Below, one piece after another: positions 9,508 to 19,075 of a DNA stretch of 64,000 bases. Both the position numbers and the translations under genes were made by a program. Location of the stretch: contig JADJCR010000008.1 in the NCBI GenBank assembly GCA_016703125.1, positions 113,396 to 177,395 of the forward strand, given 5' to 3'. The stretch's first letter is position 1. Every line of letters starts with the position of its first letter. The notes below the pieces were generated by a model. It did not search any database. It was not told the DNA's origin and saw only the letters and a program-made list of their open reading frames with translations. The stretch comes from Micrococcales bacterium. Its GTDB lineage: Bacteria > Actinomycetota > Actinomycetes > S36-B12 > UBA10799.

Positions 9508-10419
9508 TCAACGCCGGAAAGCCCCGAACAACCCCCGCCGCCCCGCGGGTTCCTCGCACGCATCGCACTCCTGCGTCGTCACCTGCGGCACCGGCCCTGC
9601 CACTGGATCGGTCACCGCACGTTCCGCAGCCAACAGCGCCGCGCCATACGCGCCCATCAACTGCGGGCGCGAGGGCATGTGCACGTCCAGCCCGCTCTGC
9701 TCGGCAAGCAGTGCCACGATCGCGGAGTTGCGCGCCACCCCGCCGGACAGCAGCAGCGGCGGCACAAGCCCGACGCTGCGTGCCATCGCGAGGATGCGGG
9801 AAACCAGGCCCGCATGCAGACCCAACAGGATCCGGTCGACCGTCTCCCCGTGTGCGACCAGCGAGATGATCTCCGACTCGGCGAAGACCGTGCACGTGGA
9901 GGTGATCCGCACGGCGTCCGGCGCGGACAGTGCCGTCGGGCCGAGGTCGTCGAGCTCCACGCCGAGCCGCCCGGCCGTGTGCTCCAGGAACCGTCCGGTG
10001 CCCGCGGCGCACTTGTCGTTCATGGCGAAGTCGATGGGTGAACCGGTCGGACCGATGCGGATCACTTTGCTGTCCTGCCCGCCGATGTCGATCAGCGTCC
10101 CGGCCATCCCGGTGTCGGCGAAAACGCCCCGCGCGTGGCAGGTGATCTCCGTGATCGCGCGGTCGGCCGCGGGCACGAGTTTGCGCCCGTAGCCAGTGGC
10201 GAAGACCGGAACCTCCGCGCCCATCCCGCGATCCGTCCGGAACGCCGCCACCGTGTCCCGGGTCTGGTTCTCCACATGCGGTGACATGGCGGCCAGTGTC
10301 CACGCGACGATGCGGAGGTCGGCGTCCACGGCCACCGCCTTGCAGGTGGTGGACCCTGCGTCGATGCCCAGTGCGACGATCGGCACGTCCGATTCGACGA
10401 CGAGGTCCACCTCGCTCAC
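9508..10419 (-). CDS. BadF/BadG/BcrA/BcrD-type ATPase (activase of 2-hydroxyacyl-CoA dehydratase/benzoyl-CoA reductase type)
   Basis: Acetate/sugar-kinase-fold motifs GIDAGSTTCKAV, DIGGQDSKVI and MNDKCAAGTGRFLE. Last gene of the three-gene operon. Confidence 0.85.
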   Translation of the reverse strand: MSEVDLVVESDVPIVALGIDAGSTTCKAVAVDADLRIVAWTLAAMSPHVENQTRDTVAAFRTDRGMGAEVPVFATGYGRKLVPAADRAITEITCHARGVFADTGMAGTLIDIGGQDSKVIRIGPTGSPIDFAMNDKCAAGTGRFLEHTAGRLGVELDDLGPTALSAPDAVRITSTCTVFAESEIISLVAHGETVDRILLGLHAGLVSRILAMARSVGLVPPLLLSGGVARNSAIVALLAEQSGLDVHMPSRPQLMGAYGAALLAAERAVTDPVAGPVPQVTTQECDACEEPAGRRGLFGAFRR

Positions 10420-11759
10420 AACCCAGCCTCCATCATCTCCACGAACGCCTCGATGCGCCCCGCGGTCTGCTCGTCGGCCCAGACCCGGGCGTCGTTGTGG
10501 TCGGCTTCCAGCAGCATCGCGGGCACTCCGGCCTCGCTGACGATGCGGTCGCGTTCATCGAGTTGACCCAGCGAGTATGGCTTGCAGGACCGGTCGGAGT
10601 GCAGGATCACCCCGTCGAGGTCGAAGTCATCGATCATCCGCCGCATCCCGGCCAGCTTGTGCGCGGTGGACCGGTTGAGGATCGGATGAAGGTAGGTGCG
10701 CGCCGCGGAGGCCATCGCGTCGTCGGGATCGAACATGTCCGCCAGCTCGGCCCACGCGTAGGTGTAGTTGGAGGCCACAACGTTGACCCCGAGCGCGGCC
10801 AGGGACTTCGACAGCCGGCTGATCCGGTACCAGACCGGCAGGTTGTCCCACAGCACCCGGTGCCGCTCGTCCTTGATCGCCCCGACGCCGGCGGCGATCC
10901 GGTCGTCGAGTTCGGCCAGGACCTTGCGGTAGTACGCGGTGGTCTCCGGCTGCCCGCGCATCGCCACGATCGGCCCCATCAGCAGGAAGCCGTCGAACGC
11001 GGTCATCGGTGCTGGCCGGTGCTGGCTGCGGTCGAGGATCTCGCACCACAGCCGGGATGCGGCTTGCGCCTCCCGCGTGGTCCGCCGCAACGTCTGGTCG
11101 GTGAGGTCGTGGCCGGCCACCCGCTCGGCAACCGGCACCAGTTCCTCCTCGAGTTGCCGGCGCACGTACTCGACCTGGTGTTCGTGGGCCTGCTCGTACA
11201 GGAACGGGGTGTCGACGACCACCAGCGGCACGCCGAAGTGGTCGGCCAGCACCTCGTACCAGTACTTGACCGTCTGGCAGATGTTCGTGCAGCAGAGCAG
11301 CAGATCCGGCGGCGGCAACTTGCCGACCGGGGTGTTCCCGGTGGCGATGGAACCGAGGTCGGTGCGCACGTAGGAGCACAGGTCCTTGCTGTAGCCCTCG
11401 TCCTCTGCGGCCTGACACAATTCCGCGCCCATCTTGCGCGCCCCGCACAACGCGGCGTGGTTCTCGGGGTAGATCAGCACGTACCCCAGCGCCTGCAGTA
11501 CCTCGGCCGGTGCGCCGGACGTGACCCATGCGACCTTGTGCACCCCGGGGGCGTACCGGGCTTTCAGGTAGTTCGCACTCATCAACTCCTTGACGTTGGC
11601 CAGTGTGCGCGGCGGCGGGTTCATCGGGGAGTCCGGCCCGGGCGGGTGACTGGCCATGGCCCGCTCGTCGCGCATCCGCTGCACGCGCAGCACGTTGCGT
11701 CCGACCAGGTCGTAAGCGATGGCCGACCGGATGCGCGGCATCGGCAGCGGCGTCTTCAT
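10416..11759 (-). CDS. 2-hydroxyacyl-CoA dehydratase family subunit
   Basis: Start at the MKTPLPM ATG (11757-11759), which overlaps the stop of the upstream subunit (ATGA). Motifs VAWVTSGAPAEVLQALGYVLIYPENHAALCGA and LLLCCTNICQTV. Confidence 0.8.
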   Translation of the reverse strand: MKTPLPMPRIRSAIAYDLVGRNVLRVQRMRDERAMASHPPGPDSPMNPPPRTLANVKELMSANYLKARYAPGVHKVAWVTSGAPAEVLQALGYVLIYPENHAALCGARKMGAELCQAAEDEGYSKDLCSYVRTDLGSIATGNTPVGKLPPPDLLLCCTNICQTVKYWYEVLADHFGVPLVVVDTPFLYEQAHEHQVEYVRRQLEEELVPVAERVAGHDLTDQTLRRTTREAQAASRLWCEILDRSQHRPAPMTAFDGFLLMGPIVAMRGQPETTAYYRKVLAELDDRIAAGVGAIKDERHRVLWDNLPVWYRISRLSKSLAALGVNVVASNYTYAWAELADMFDPDDAMASAARTYLHPILNRSTAHKLAGMRRMIDDFDLDGVILHSDRSCKPYSLGQLDERDRIVSEAGVPAMLLEADHNDARVWADEQTAGRIEAFVEMMEAGL

Positions 11760-12829
11760 CGCGCCACCTCCAGCGTCTCCACGAAGGCTTCGATCCGGCC
11801 CACGAGTTGGCCGTCCACGTCGCCACCGCCTTCGTGCTCGATGTACAGCAACGGCACATCCAGGCCCTTGCGCAGCGCCGGCAGGTAGAACTGCTCGGGT
11901 TCGCAGAAGGGCGGCGCGATTGCCAGCACCCCCCGCGCCCCGGAGTTGGTGACCAGATCGCGCACGCGGCGCACCCGGTCGGCGATGGGGTCGGCGCGGG
12001 TGGGGTCCACGGGTCCCTCCAGATATGCCTGCGCCAGGCGTCGCCACGGGTCTGCGCCGTCGGTGGCGGGCAGGATGCGCCGGCTGCCGGTGCTCAGGTC
12101 GTCGGTGGCGATGTACGCACCCGCGTCGTTGACGATGTCGAGCAGATCGGGCGGGTCGGCCATGATCCCGCTCAGCACGATGGGCAGGCCGGTCCGCGCC
12201 GCCTCACCTCGCGGCAGCCCCGCCACGAGTTCCACGAAGTCCTCGGGCAACAGGTACTCCCGGGTCCGCACGGCGGCGTAGAACTCCCGGTCGGTGAGGG
12301 CCGTCCGGTTGGCGTACAACTCGCGCATCGCGTGGTCGGCAGCGTCCTCCATCGCAAACGCCGCGGCCCAGTCCTGGGTCGACGGTTCGTGCCCCCCGGC
12401 CGCCACCAAGGAGTCTCCGAGTCGCTGGTATTCAGCCACCAGGTAGTCCGCATCCACGGGTCGCCGCGTGCGCGGGGCGTAGAGGGTCAGGACCGGTGGG
12501 CGGTCGGTCACGAAGTCACGCAACACCGAGCCGAGCCCCTGGAGGGCATCGCACCCGTGTGGCACCAGCACCGCGTCGACGGACCGGAAGCCGCCATCCA
12601 AGAGGAACGCGGCGCCCCGGGTGACGATCGAGCAGGCGTAGGCCTGGAAGTGCACTGCGCCCGTATCCGTACCGGCAGCGGGCGCCCACACCTCCATCGG
12701 GTGGAACCCGTGCGCGCGGATCAGGGCCCGCGGGTAGTGGTAGGGAAGCGCCGCGAGGACCCGCAAGCCCTGGCCGCGGGCGCGCTCCAGCGTTTGCAGG
12801 CGGCTCGGAACGGTTGCCGTAGAGGTCAT
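11756..12829 (-). CDS. 2-hydroxyacyl-CoA dehydratase family subunit
   Basis: 357 aa. Motifs LPYHYPRALIRAHGFHPMEVW and FQAYACSIV. First gene of the operon. Confidence 0.8.
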   Translation of the reverse strand: MTSTATVPSRLQTLERARGQGLRVLAALPYHYPRALIRAHGFHPMEVWAPAAGTDTGAVHFQAYACSIVTRGAAFLLDGGFRSVDAVLVPHGCDALQGLGSVLRDFVTDRPPVLTLYAPRTRRPVDADYLVAEYQRLGDSLVAAGGHEPSTQDWAAAFAMEDAADHAMRELYANRTALTDREFYAAVRTREYLLPEDFVELVAGLPRGEAARTGLPIVLSGIMADPPDLLDIVNDAGAYIATDDLSTGSRRILPATDGADPWRRLAQAYLEGPVDPTRADPIADRVRRVRDLVTNSGARGVLAIAPPFCEPEQFYLPALRKGLDVPLLYIEHEGGGDVDGQLVGRIEAFVETLEVAR

Positions 12830-12947
12830 GTCGTCCTCCTCGAGGAGACCCTCACCTTCTGTTCTAGTACGCCCGCAGGATGGATGGGGGCTGAACGCCG
12901 GGACCTCACTGCGCGTGATCGAGGCCGGACGTGCCTACGATGCTCGC

Positions 12948-13466
12948 GTGCCCCGAATCGTGCTCACAGTCATCGGCGACGACCGCGCTGGTCTGGTGGC
13001 GGCTTTGTCGGAAGTCGTCTCCACCCACGATGGCAACTGGGAGCGCAGCCAGTTGGCCGAACTGGCAGGCAAGTTCGCCGGGATCGTTGTGGTGTCGGTG
13101 CCCGATGAGCGCGTCGAGGCCCTGACCGCAGCGGTGCGGGCGCTGGATGGACTACTCGATGTGTCCGCGTACCCCGCGTCCGGTCGCGCGGACAACAGGC
13201 CCGAGCAACTGCTCACCATCGACCTGCTGGGCAACGACCGGCCGGGGATCGTGCACGAGGTCTCTTCGGTGCTGCACCGGCACGAGCTCTCCATCGAGAT
13301 GATGGAGACGCATACCCGTGAGGCGCCCATGGCCGGCGGACAGCTCTTCGAGGCGCACATCGTGGTCAAGGTCCCGGCGTCGGCCGAGCCGGAAGCACTA
13401 CGGGCCGACCTCGAACGGCTGGCCACCGAACTGCTGGTGGACATTGCGCTGTCACCTGTCGAGTGA
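12948..13466 (+). CDS. Tandem ACT-domain protein (GcvR-like small-molecule-binding regulator)
   Basis: GTG start giving VPRIVLTVIGDDRAGLVAALSEVV. Second ACT unit LLTIDLLGNDRPGIVHEVSSVL. Divergent from the dehydratase operon. Confidence 0.7.
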   Translation: MPRIVLTVIGDDRAGLVAALSEVVSTHDGNWERSQLAELAGKFAGIVVVSVPDERVEALTAAVRALDGLLDVSAYPASGRADNRPEQLLTIDLLGNDRPGIVHEVSSVLHRHELSIEMMETHTREAPMAGGQLFEAHIVVKVPASAEPEALRADLERLATELLVDIALSPVE

Positions 13467-13537
13467 CACGAACGCTGGCCAAGGCGCGGGAACCCCTGAC
13501 AGGATGGGCGCCTGACGCACCACCGGGAGGCCCTGTC

Positions 13538-14677
13538 ATGACGTTACGAAACCGCTTCAAGACCCTGCTGTGCGGTGCTGCTGCCGGCACCCTGATCGCC
13601 ACGGCCGTGATCGCCGCCCCACTGCCTGCCCAAGCAGCGAAGGCGAAGAAGGGTGGGGAGCTCACGGTCATGACCCAGAACCTCTACCTCGGTGCCGACC
13701 TCTTCCCCGCCATCGAGGCGGCCTCCCAGGGCACCACGGCGTTCCTGCTGGCCGCGGCGAAGGTCTACCAGGAGGCCATGGCCTCGGACTTCCAGACCCG
13801 TGCTGCCGCGTTCGCCAGGACCGTCAAGGAGCAGGAGCCCGATCTCATCGGCCTGCAGGAGGTGACCAACTGGATCACGACCCGCAATTCCGAGGGTCCG
13901 GCCCTGCAGAGCCAGGACTTCTTGAAGATCGTCAAGAAGGCGCTGAAGGCCGAGGGACTGGCGTACAAGGTCGTCGGGATCTCCGACAACGCCAGCCTCG
14001 GGCCGTTCCCCTACATCGACCCCGCGTCGTCCTGTGGTGAGCCGTCCGGCCTGCTGCCCTCCGGGTGGCCGTGCACCATCTCCATGAAGGACCGCGACGT
14101 CATCCTCGTCAACACCGAGACCAAGGGCCTGACGTACACGAAGAAGTCCGTGAAGTCGGGCAAGTTCAAGGCCCAGCAGACCTATGTCATCGCCGGCCAG
14201 ACGATCTCCTTCGGCCGTGGTTGGGTGTACGCCGACATGACCTACAAGGGTGCGAAATTCCGATTCGCGAACACTCACTTCGAGGTCGGCGGGGAGTCCG
14301 AAGCCATCCAGGAGAAGCAGGGCAAGGAGTTCGTCAAGCTGGTGCAGAAGGGAGCCGGGACGGTGGTGGCCACCGGCGACTTCAACACCGATGCCTACGG
14401 CAACTACTCCCCGAAGACCTACAAGATCCTCACGAAGTCGTACTTCACCGATTCGTGGAAGCGCAAGCGTGACGGCAAGGGCTTGAGCTGCTGCCAGAGC
14501 GCGGACCTCTCCAACCCTGTCAGTGAGAACGACACCCGCATCGACCTGGTACTGACCCACGGCAAGGCCAAGGGCAAGGGGAGCGTGAACACCAACATCA
14601 GTCTGTTCCGCGCCACCCCTGCCCCGCTGTGGGAGTCCGACCACGCAGGGGTGGTGGCCCGGTTGAAGGTGTCCTGA
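13538..14677 (+). CDS. Secreted endonuclease/exonuclease/phosphatase (EEP) family protein
   Basis: GGGAGG RBS followed by ATG at 13538. Signal peptide ...AAPLPAQAAKA. EEP motifs VMTQNLY, IGLQEV, ATGDFN and ESDHAGV. Confidence 0.8.
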   Translation: MTLRNRFKTLLCGAAAGTLIATAVIAAPLPAQAAKAKKGGELTVMTQNLYLGADLFPAIEAASQGTTAFLLAAAKVYQEAMASDFQTRAAAFARTVKEQEPDLIGLQEVTNWITTRNSEGPALQSQDFLKIVKKALKAEGLAYKVVGISDNASLGPFPYIDPASSCGEPSGLLPSGWPCTISMKDRDVILVNTETKGLTYTKKSVKSGKFKAQQTYVIAGQTISFGRGWVYADMTYKGAKFRFANTHFEVGGESEAIQEKQGKEFVKLVQKGAGTVVATGDFNTDAYGNYSPKTYKILTKSYFTDSWKRKRDGKGLSCCQSADLSNPVSENDTRIDLVLTHGKAKGKGSVNTNISLFRATPAPLWESDHAGVVARLKVS

Positions 14678-14682
14678 CTTCT

Positions 14683-14719
14683 TTACCTACGCTTGCGTAA
14701 GTTACGCTTGCGTAGGTAA
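14683..14719. promoter_or_regulatory. Composite palindrome (two TACGCTTGCGTA half-palindromes inside a longer inverted repeat) between the EEP gene and the hydrolase gene
   Basis: TTACCTACGCTTGCGTAAGTTACGCTTGCGTAGGTAA lies 6 nt after the EEP stop and ends 10 nt before the ATG at 14730; the AAGGAGGG RBS overlaps its last bases. Noticeably less GC-rich than its surroundings. It could be an operator, a terminator hairpin, or both. Confidence 0.5.
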
Positions 14720-14729
14720 GGAGGGAAGA

Positions 14730-15581
14730 ATGACGAAGACCGTCATCCTGCACGGCGATGACCTCGCCTACGAGTTCCACGCGGGCACGGGTATCCCCCT
14801 GCTGCTCGTCCACGGCGTCGGCTCGTCGACCGGTACCTGGGCCGATCTCATCGTGCGGTTGCGCGACGCGGGCCGGACCGTAGTGGCCGTGGACCTGCTC
14901 GGTCACGGGGAGTCCGGCCATGGCAATGGTGACTTCAGCCTCGGATCGAACGCCTCGCGCCTGCGGGACCTGCTGGATCACCTCGGCATCGCGCGGGTGC
15001 ACCTCGTGGGCTATTCGCTGGGCGGTGGGGTGGCCATGCAGTTCCAGTACCAGTTCCCGCAGCGTGTGGAGTCCATGACGCTGGTCTCCAGCGGCGGCCT
15101 CGGTGCCGAGGTGAGCTTGGGCCTGCGCGCTGCCAGCCTGCCCGGGTCGGAGGTCGTCTTCCGGATGATCTCCAGCGAACATGGGCTCGCGTGGCTCCGG
15201 CGTGCCACGCGCGGGCTGGTGGCGACCGGGAGCATGAGCACCGGCATGGCCGACAAGACAGTGGAGAAACTGCAGCGGCTGCGCGAAGATGGCCGGCGCA
15301 AGGCGTTCCTGGCCACGGTGCGCAGCGTCGTCGGGCCGCAGGGTCAACTGGTGCGTGCCACAAGCCGGTTCGGTGCGGTGACCGATCCCTCGACGGTGCT
15401 CATCGTCTGGGGCGACGCCGATGCCACGTTGCCCATGTCGCACGGCCTGCAGGCGCACGAGTTGCTTCCGGGCAGCGGTTTCGTCGCCGTCCCCGGAGCC
15501 GGCCACCACCCGCACGTCGACGCGCCCGATCTGGTGGGTGAGTCGATCCTGCGCCATGTTCTGGAGGTGGAGGGTGGCTGA
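14730..15581 (+). CDS. Alpha/beta hydrolase
   Basis: LLLVHGVGSS, nucleophile elbow GYSLGGGVA, C-terminal AGHHPH. Confidence 0.8.
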   Translation: MTKTVILHGDDLAYEFHAGTGIPLLLVHGVGSSTGTWADLIVRLRDAGRTVVAVDLLGHGESGHGNGDFSLGSNASRLRDLLDHLGIARVHLVGYSLGGGVAMQFQYQFPQRVESMTLVSSGGLGAEVSLGLRAASLPGSEVVFRMISSEHGLAWLRRATRGLVATGSMSTGMADKTVEKLQRLREDGRRKAFLATVRSVVGPQGQLVRATSRFGAVTDPSTVLIVWGDADATLPMSHGLQAHELLPGSGFVAVPGAGHHPHVDAPDLVGESILRHVLEVEGG

Positions 15582-16797
15582 GTGGGCGTCGGCCGGCCGG
15601 ATCGCCGGCCACGGTCTGGGAACGGTCGTGGATGTGGTCGCAGGGATGCACGATGCGATCGTGCAGCGGGTCGAGGAGACACTGCCGCCGGTTGCCGCCG
15701 AGGTGGCGGGACTGCACCGGGGACACGCGGCACGGGTCTACCAGCGGGTGGGGGCGGCGCACCGGCGAATTCCCGAGGTGCTCGGACAGATGGCGCCCGA
15801 GCGGGCTGAACCGGTCACCGGGTCTCGCGCCGGCCAGGTGGTGCTTCCCCTGGTCCACGGGCTGTGGGGCGACCATCTCGCGGGCGCCGATGAACCCCTG
15901 ACGATCCGCATGGCCGTGCGCCGGGATGGCCGTGACGTGCGCGACATTGCCGGTGCCTTCCCGGAGGCCAGCGAGCACCTCGTCGTGTTCGTCCACGGCT
16001 TGTTCGAGGACGAGCGGGCATGGGACTGCGAGGACGGCAGTTTCGGATGCCGGCTGGAACGCGACCTCGGGGTGACGTCACTGCACATCCGCTACAACTC
16101 CGGCCTGCGGATCAGCGAGAACGGGCGCTTGCTCAGCGACCTGCTGGACACCGTCGTCGGTGACTGGCAGGTGCCGATCGCGTCCATTGCCCTGGTCGGG
16201 CACTCGATGGGAGGCCTGGTCGCCCGCAGCGCCGCCCACCAGTCGCAGGACCGCGACTGGCGGCCGTTGCTGGCCACGGTCGTCACCCTCGGCACGCCGC
16301 ATCTCGGCTCGCCGGTGGAGAAGTCCGTCCACGTCGGGGACTGGGTGCTGCGCAGTGTGCCGCAGACCCGCCCGCTGGGCCACTTCCTCACCCGTCGCAG
16401 TGTCGGTATCAAGGACCTGCGCTACGGCGCGCTGGTCACCCAGGACTGGGACGGGCACGACCCCGACGAGTTCCTGCGCGACCGGTGCACGCAGGTCCCA
16501 CTGCTGGACGACGTGACCTACTACTGGGTGGCCGCCACGATCGCTCAGGACAGCAGTGGCCCCGCGGCCCGCATGTTCGGCGACGGGATGGTCCGCCAGG
16601 CCAGCGCCTCCGGCCGCGGCGAGGTTCGACGGATCCCCTTCGACATGGGGGTCACCGTCGGCGGGGTGAACCACCTCGCGGTCATGCGTGACGATGCGGT
16701 GTACTCCCATCTGGTGGAATGGCTGGACCCCGACGCCTTCGGCCGGCGTCTGGGCCGTTCGTCTGATCTGCGGCCAACCGCAGGCGGTGTACGGTGA
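15556..16797 (+). CDS. Alpha/beta hydrolase (lipase/PGAP1-like)
   Basis: VVFVHGLFEDERAW, nucleophile elbow LVGHSMGGLVARSAA, LGTPHLGSP. The start is uncertain; the first in-frame ATG overlaps the end of the previous gene. Confidence 0.7.
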   Translation: MFWRWRVAEWASAGRIAGHGLGTVVDVVAGMHDAIVQRVEETLPPVAAEVAGLHRGHAARVYQRVGAAHRRIPEVLGQMAPERAEPVTGSRAGQVVLPLVHGLWGDHLAGADEPLTIRMAVRRDGRDVRDIAGAFPEASEHLVVFVHGLFEDERAWDCEDGSFGCRLERDLGVTSLHIRYNSGLRISENGRLLSDLLDTVVGDWQVPIASIALVGHSMGGLVARSAAHQSQDRDWRPLLATVVTLGTPHLGSPVEKSVHVGDWVLRSVPQTRPLGHFLTRRSVGIKDLRYGALVTQDWDGHDPDEFLRDRCTQVPLLDDVTYYWVAATIAQDSSGPAARMFGDGMVRQASASGRGEVRRIPFDMGVTVGGVNHLAVMRDDAVYSHLVEWLDPDAFGRRLGRSSDLRPTAGGVR

Positions 16798-16802
16798 CCG
16801 CC

Positions 16803-17156
16803 ATGCGCCGTCTGACCGTGGTTCTCATCGCCTCCGCCTTCGCCGTGCCCGTCATGGCTGCACCCGCTGCAGCGGCCGGTTTCCAGGACTGCAGCAACGT
16901 CAAGGCGGCCGCCGGCCAGCGGATGGTGCTGGCCACGAATGTTGAGGTGAAGGGGTTGAGTTGTGCCGAGGCGAAGGCGTTCTGGACGTCGTACGTCTCG
17001 ACCGGTGAGGTCCTCCCGCCCAGACTCGAGGCCCTCCGCACCAAGTGCAAGCCGGGTTCCAAGTCCGCCCGCAAGAAGGCGGCCAAGAAGGACCGGATGG
17101 CATATGTCTGCAAGGACGGGGGACTTGTGACGAAGGCCTGGGTGCTGGGCGGCTGA
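16803..17156 (+). CDS. Small secreted Cys-containing protein (paralog of 9109..9468)
   Basis: Signal peptide MRRLTVVLIASAFAVPVMAAPAAAAG. Same Cys spacing and the same KAWVLGG C-terminus as the 9.1 kb copy. Confidence 0.75.
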   Translation: MRRLTVVLIASAFAVPVMAAPAAAAGFQDCSNVKAAAGQRMVLATNVEVKGLSCAEAKAFWTSYVSTGEVLPPRLEALRTKCKPGSKSARKKAAKKDRMAYVCKDGGLVTKAWVLGG

Positions 17157-17209
17157 CAGCCAGTCCGGCGGCCCCGTCATCCGTTCGGCGGCACGGGCGT
17201 TTGCGTACC

Positions 17210-19042
17210 ATGAGGAATCGATTTCGGAGGGAACGACTCGTGTTACGACGGTTCGGCATCGCCGCCACCCTGATCCTGGCCACTGTGGGCTTCGTGCCGG
17301 TGGCCCCGGCATCGGCGGCCGGTTACACCGTCAACAGCAGCGGTGATGCTGGCGACGCCAACCTGGCCAACCCCGCGTGCGCCACAGCAGCGAACGTCTG
17401 CACCTTACGGGCGGCCGTTGAGCAGGCGAACTCCTTGCCAGGCGCAGATGTCATCACCGTGGGGGCGAGGACGATCAGCCTGGGGTCGGCCCTGACCATC
17501 ACGAGTAACCTCACAGTGCAAGGCGCCGGTGCCGAGAGCACGATCCTTACGGGCAGCGGCAGCCACGTGATGATGTCGGTGACCAACGGCAGCGTGACCA
17601 TCAGCGATATGACGATCACGGGCGCGACCAGTGTGGGGGGCGCGCAGGCGGTCAACCAGACCGGCGGGGTCGTGACCCTGGACCGCATGCGCATCTCCGG
17701 CAACAACGCCTCCAGCCTCGGTGGCACCTACGGGCCGGTCTACGTCCAGAACGCCACCATGACGGTGCGGGACTCCGAGATCTCCGGCAACACGGCCACC
17801 AGCACCTCCGGCTCGGTGTACGGCAGCGGACTGGCGGTCTACGCCGGCACCGTCAGCGTGGTCAACTCCACGATCGCCGACAACACGGCCAATGGCATCG
17901 ACTGGGCTTTCGGCGGCGGGGTCTGGGCCGGCCAGAACAGTGGCGTCACTGTCACCGCCTCGACGATCGCGGGGAACAGGCTGAACGCCCCGAATCTGCG
18001 CGGTGCCGCACTCTTCCAGCACACCGGCGGCAGCGGCAGCGTGGAGGTGGCCGATTCTGTCATCGCCGATCCCAGAGGCGTGACCAACTGCGGGTCGGGC
18101 GGGAAGCTGCCCGCATTCCTGGCCCGCAACCTCCTGGATGACACCTCCTGTGGTGCGGCATCGGCCACCCGCACCATCGCCAACGCCCAACTCGGTGCGC
18201 TGGCGGACAACGGCGGCCCCACGCATACCCGGGTGCCGACGGCCACGAGCCCGGCCATCGATGCAGCGTCGGCGTGCGCGAGTGCCGCCGACCAGCGCGG
18301 CCAGGCCCGCCCGATCGCCGCCGCTTGCGACCTCGGCGCGGTCGAGGTCGGCTCCGACCGGGAGGCCGCGGTGTCGGTGTCCAACAGCGCGCCGTCGGCT
18401 GGCTCGGACATCGTCGTCACTGCAACCGCGCGCAACAAGGGCGCCGATGGCAGTACCGGCACCTCCTTGGTGGTGCAGACGGCTGGTGCCCAGATCCTGT
18501 CGGCCAACGGTGGGTCCTGCAGCATCGCCGGTGACGCCGCCACCTGCCTGGTGGGTTCCATCGCCTCCGGGTCCGCGGGCGAGGTGCTGCTGACGGTGCG
18601 CATGCCTGGCTCCGGGACCGTCCCCATCACCGCCTCCGTCGGTGGTGATCAGCCCGACCCGGTCGCGGCGAACAACACCGCGAGCACATCCGCAACGGTG
18701 CCCGGGGCTCCGGTGCTGGCGGCGTGTTCCCTCACCCGTTCCGGGACAGGCAGGGCCGACGTCCTGCGCGGCACCGCTGCCAGCGAGCGACTGCTCGGCA
18801 AGGCCGGCAACGACAAGATCCTCGGGAAGGGCGGCGACGACTGCCTCGAGGGTGGCAGGGGCAACGACCGCATCAAGGGCGGCCCCGGCGCCGACCGCAT
18901 CTCCGGGGGTGGCGGCAAGGACACCATCCGCTCGAAGGACGGCTCAAAGGACCGCGTCGACTGCGGTGCCGGCCGCGACACTGTCATCGCCGATCGCAAG
19001 GACTCGGTGGCGCGCTCCTGCGAGCGGATCCGTCGCCCCTGA
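17210..19042 (+). CDS. Secreted right-handed beta-helix repeat protein with a C-terminal RTX-like Gly/Asp repeat region
   Basis: Signal peptide ...VAPASAAG. CTLRAAVEQAN motif and repeated G/N/T-rich beta-helix turns. Tail GKAGNDKILGKGGDDCLEGGRGNDRIKGGPGADRISGGGGKDTI. Confidence 0.7.
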   Translation: MRNRFRRERLVLRRFGIAATLILATVGFVPVAPASAAGYTVNSSGDAGDANLANPACATAANVCTLRAAVEQANSLPGADVITVGARTISLGSALTITSNLTVQGAGAESTILTGSGSHVMMSVTNGSVTISDMTITGATSVGGAQAVNQTGGVVTLDRMRISGNNASSLGGTYGPVYVQNATMTVRDSEISGNTATSTSGSVYGSGLAVYAGTVSVVNSTIADNTANGIDWAFGGGVWAGQNSGVTVTASTIAGNRLNAPNLRGAALFQHTGGSGSVEVADSVIADPRGVTNCGSGGKLPAFLARNLLDDTSCGAASATRTIANAQLGALADNGGPTHTRVPTATSPAIDAASACASAADQRGQARPIAAACDLGAVEVGSDREAAVSVSNSAPSAGSDIVVTATARNKGADGSTGTSLVVQTAGAQILSANGGSCSIAGDAATCLVGSIASGSAGEVLLTVRMPGSGTVPITASVGGDQPDPVAANNTASTSATVPGAPVLAACSLTRSGTGRADVLRGTAASERLLGKAGNDKILGKGGDDCLEGGRGNDRIKGGPGADRISGGGGKDTIRSKDGSKDRVDCGAGRDTVIADRKDSVARSCERIRRP

Positions 19043-19075
19043 CAGCCCGTCCAGGTAAGGGCGTTAGTCATTCGT

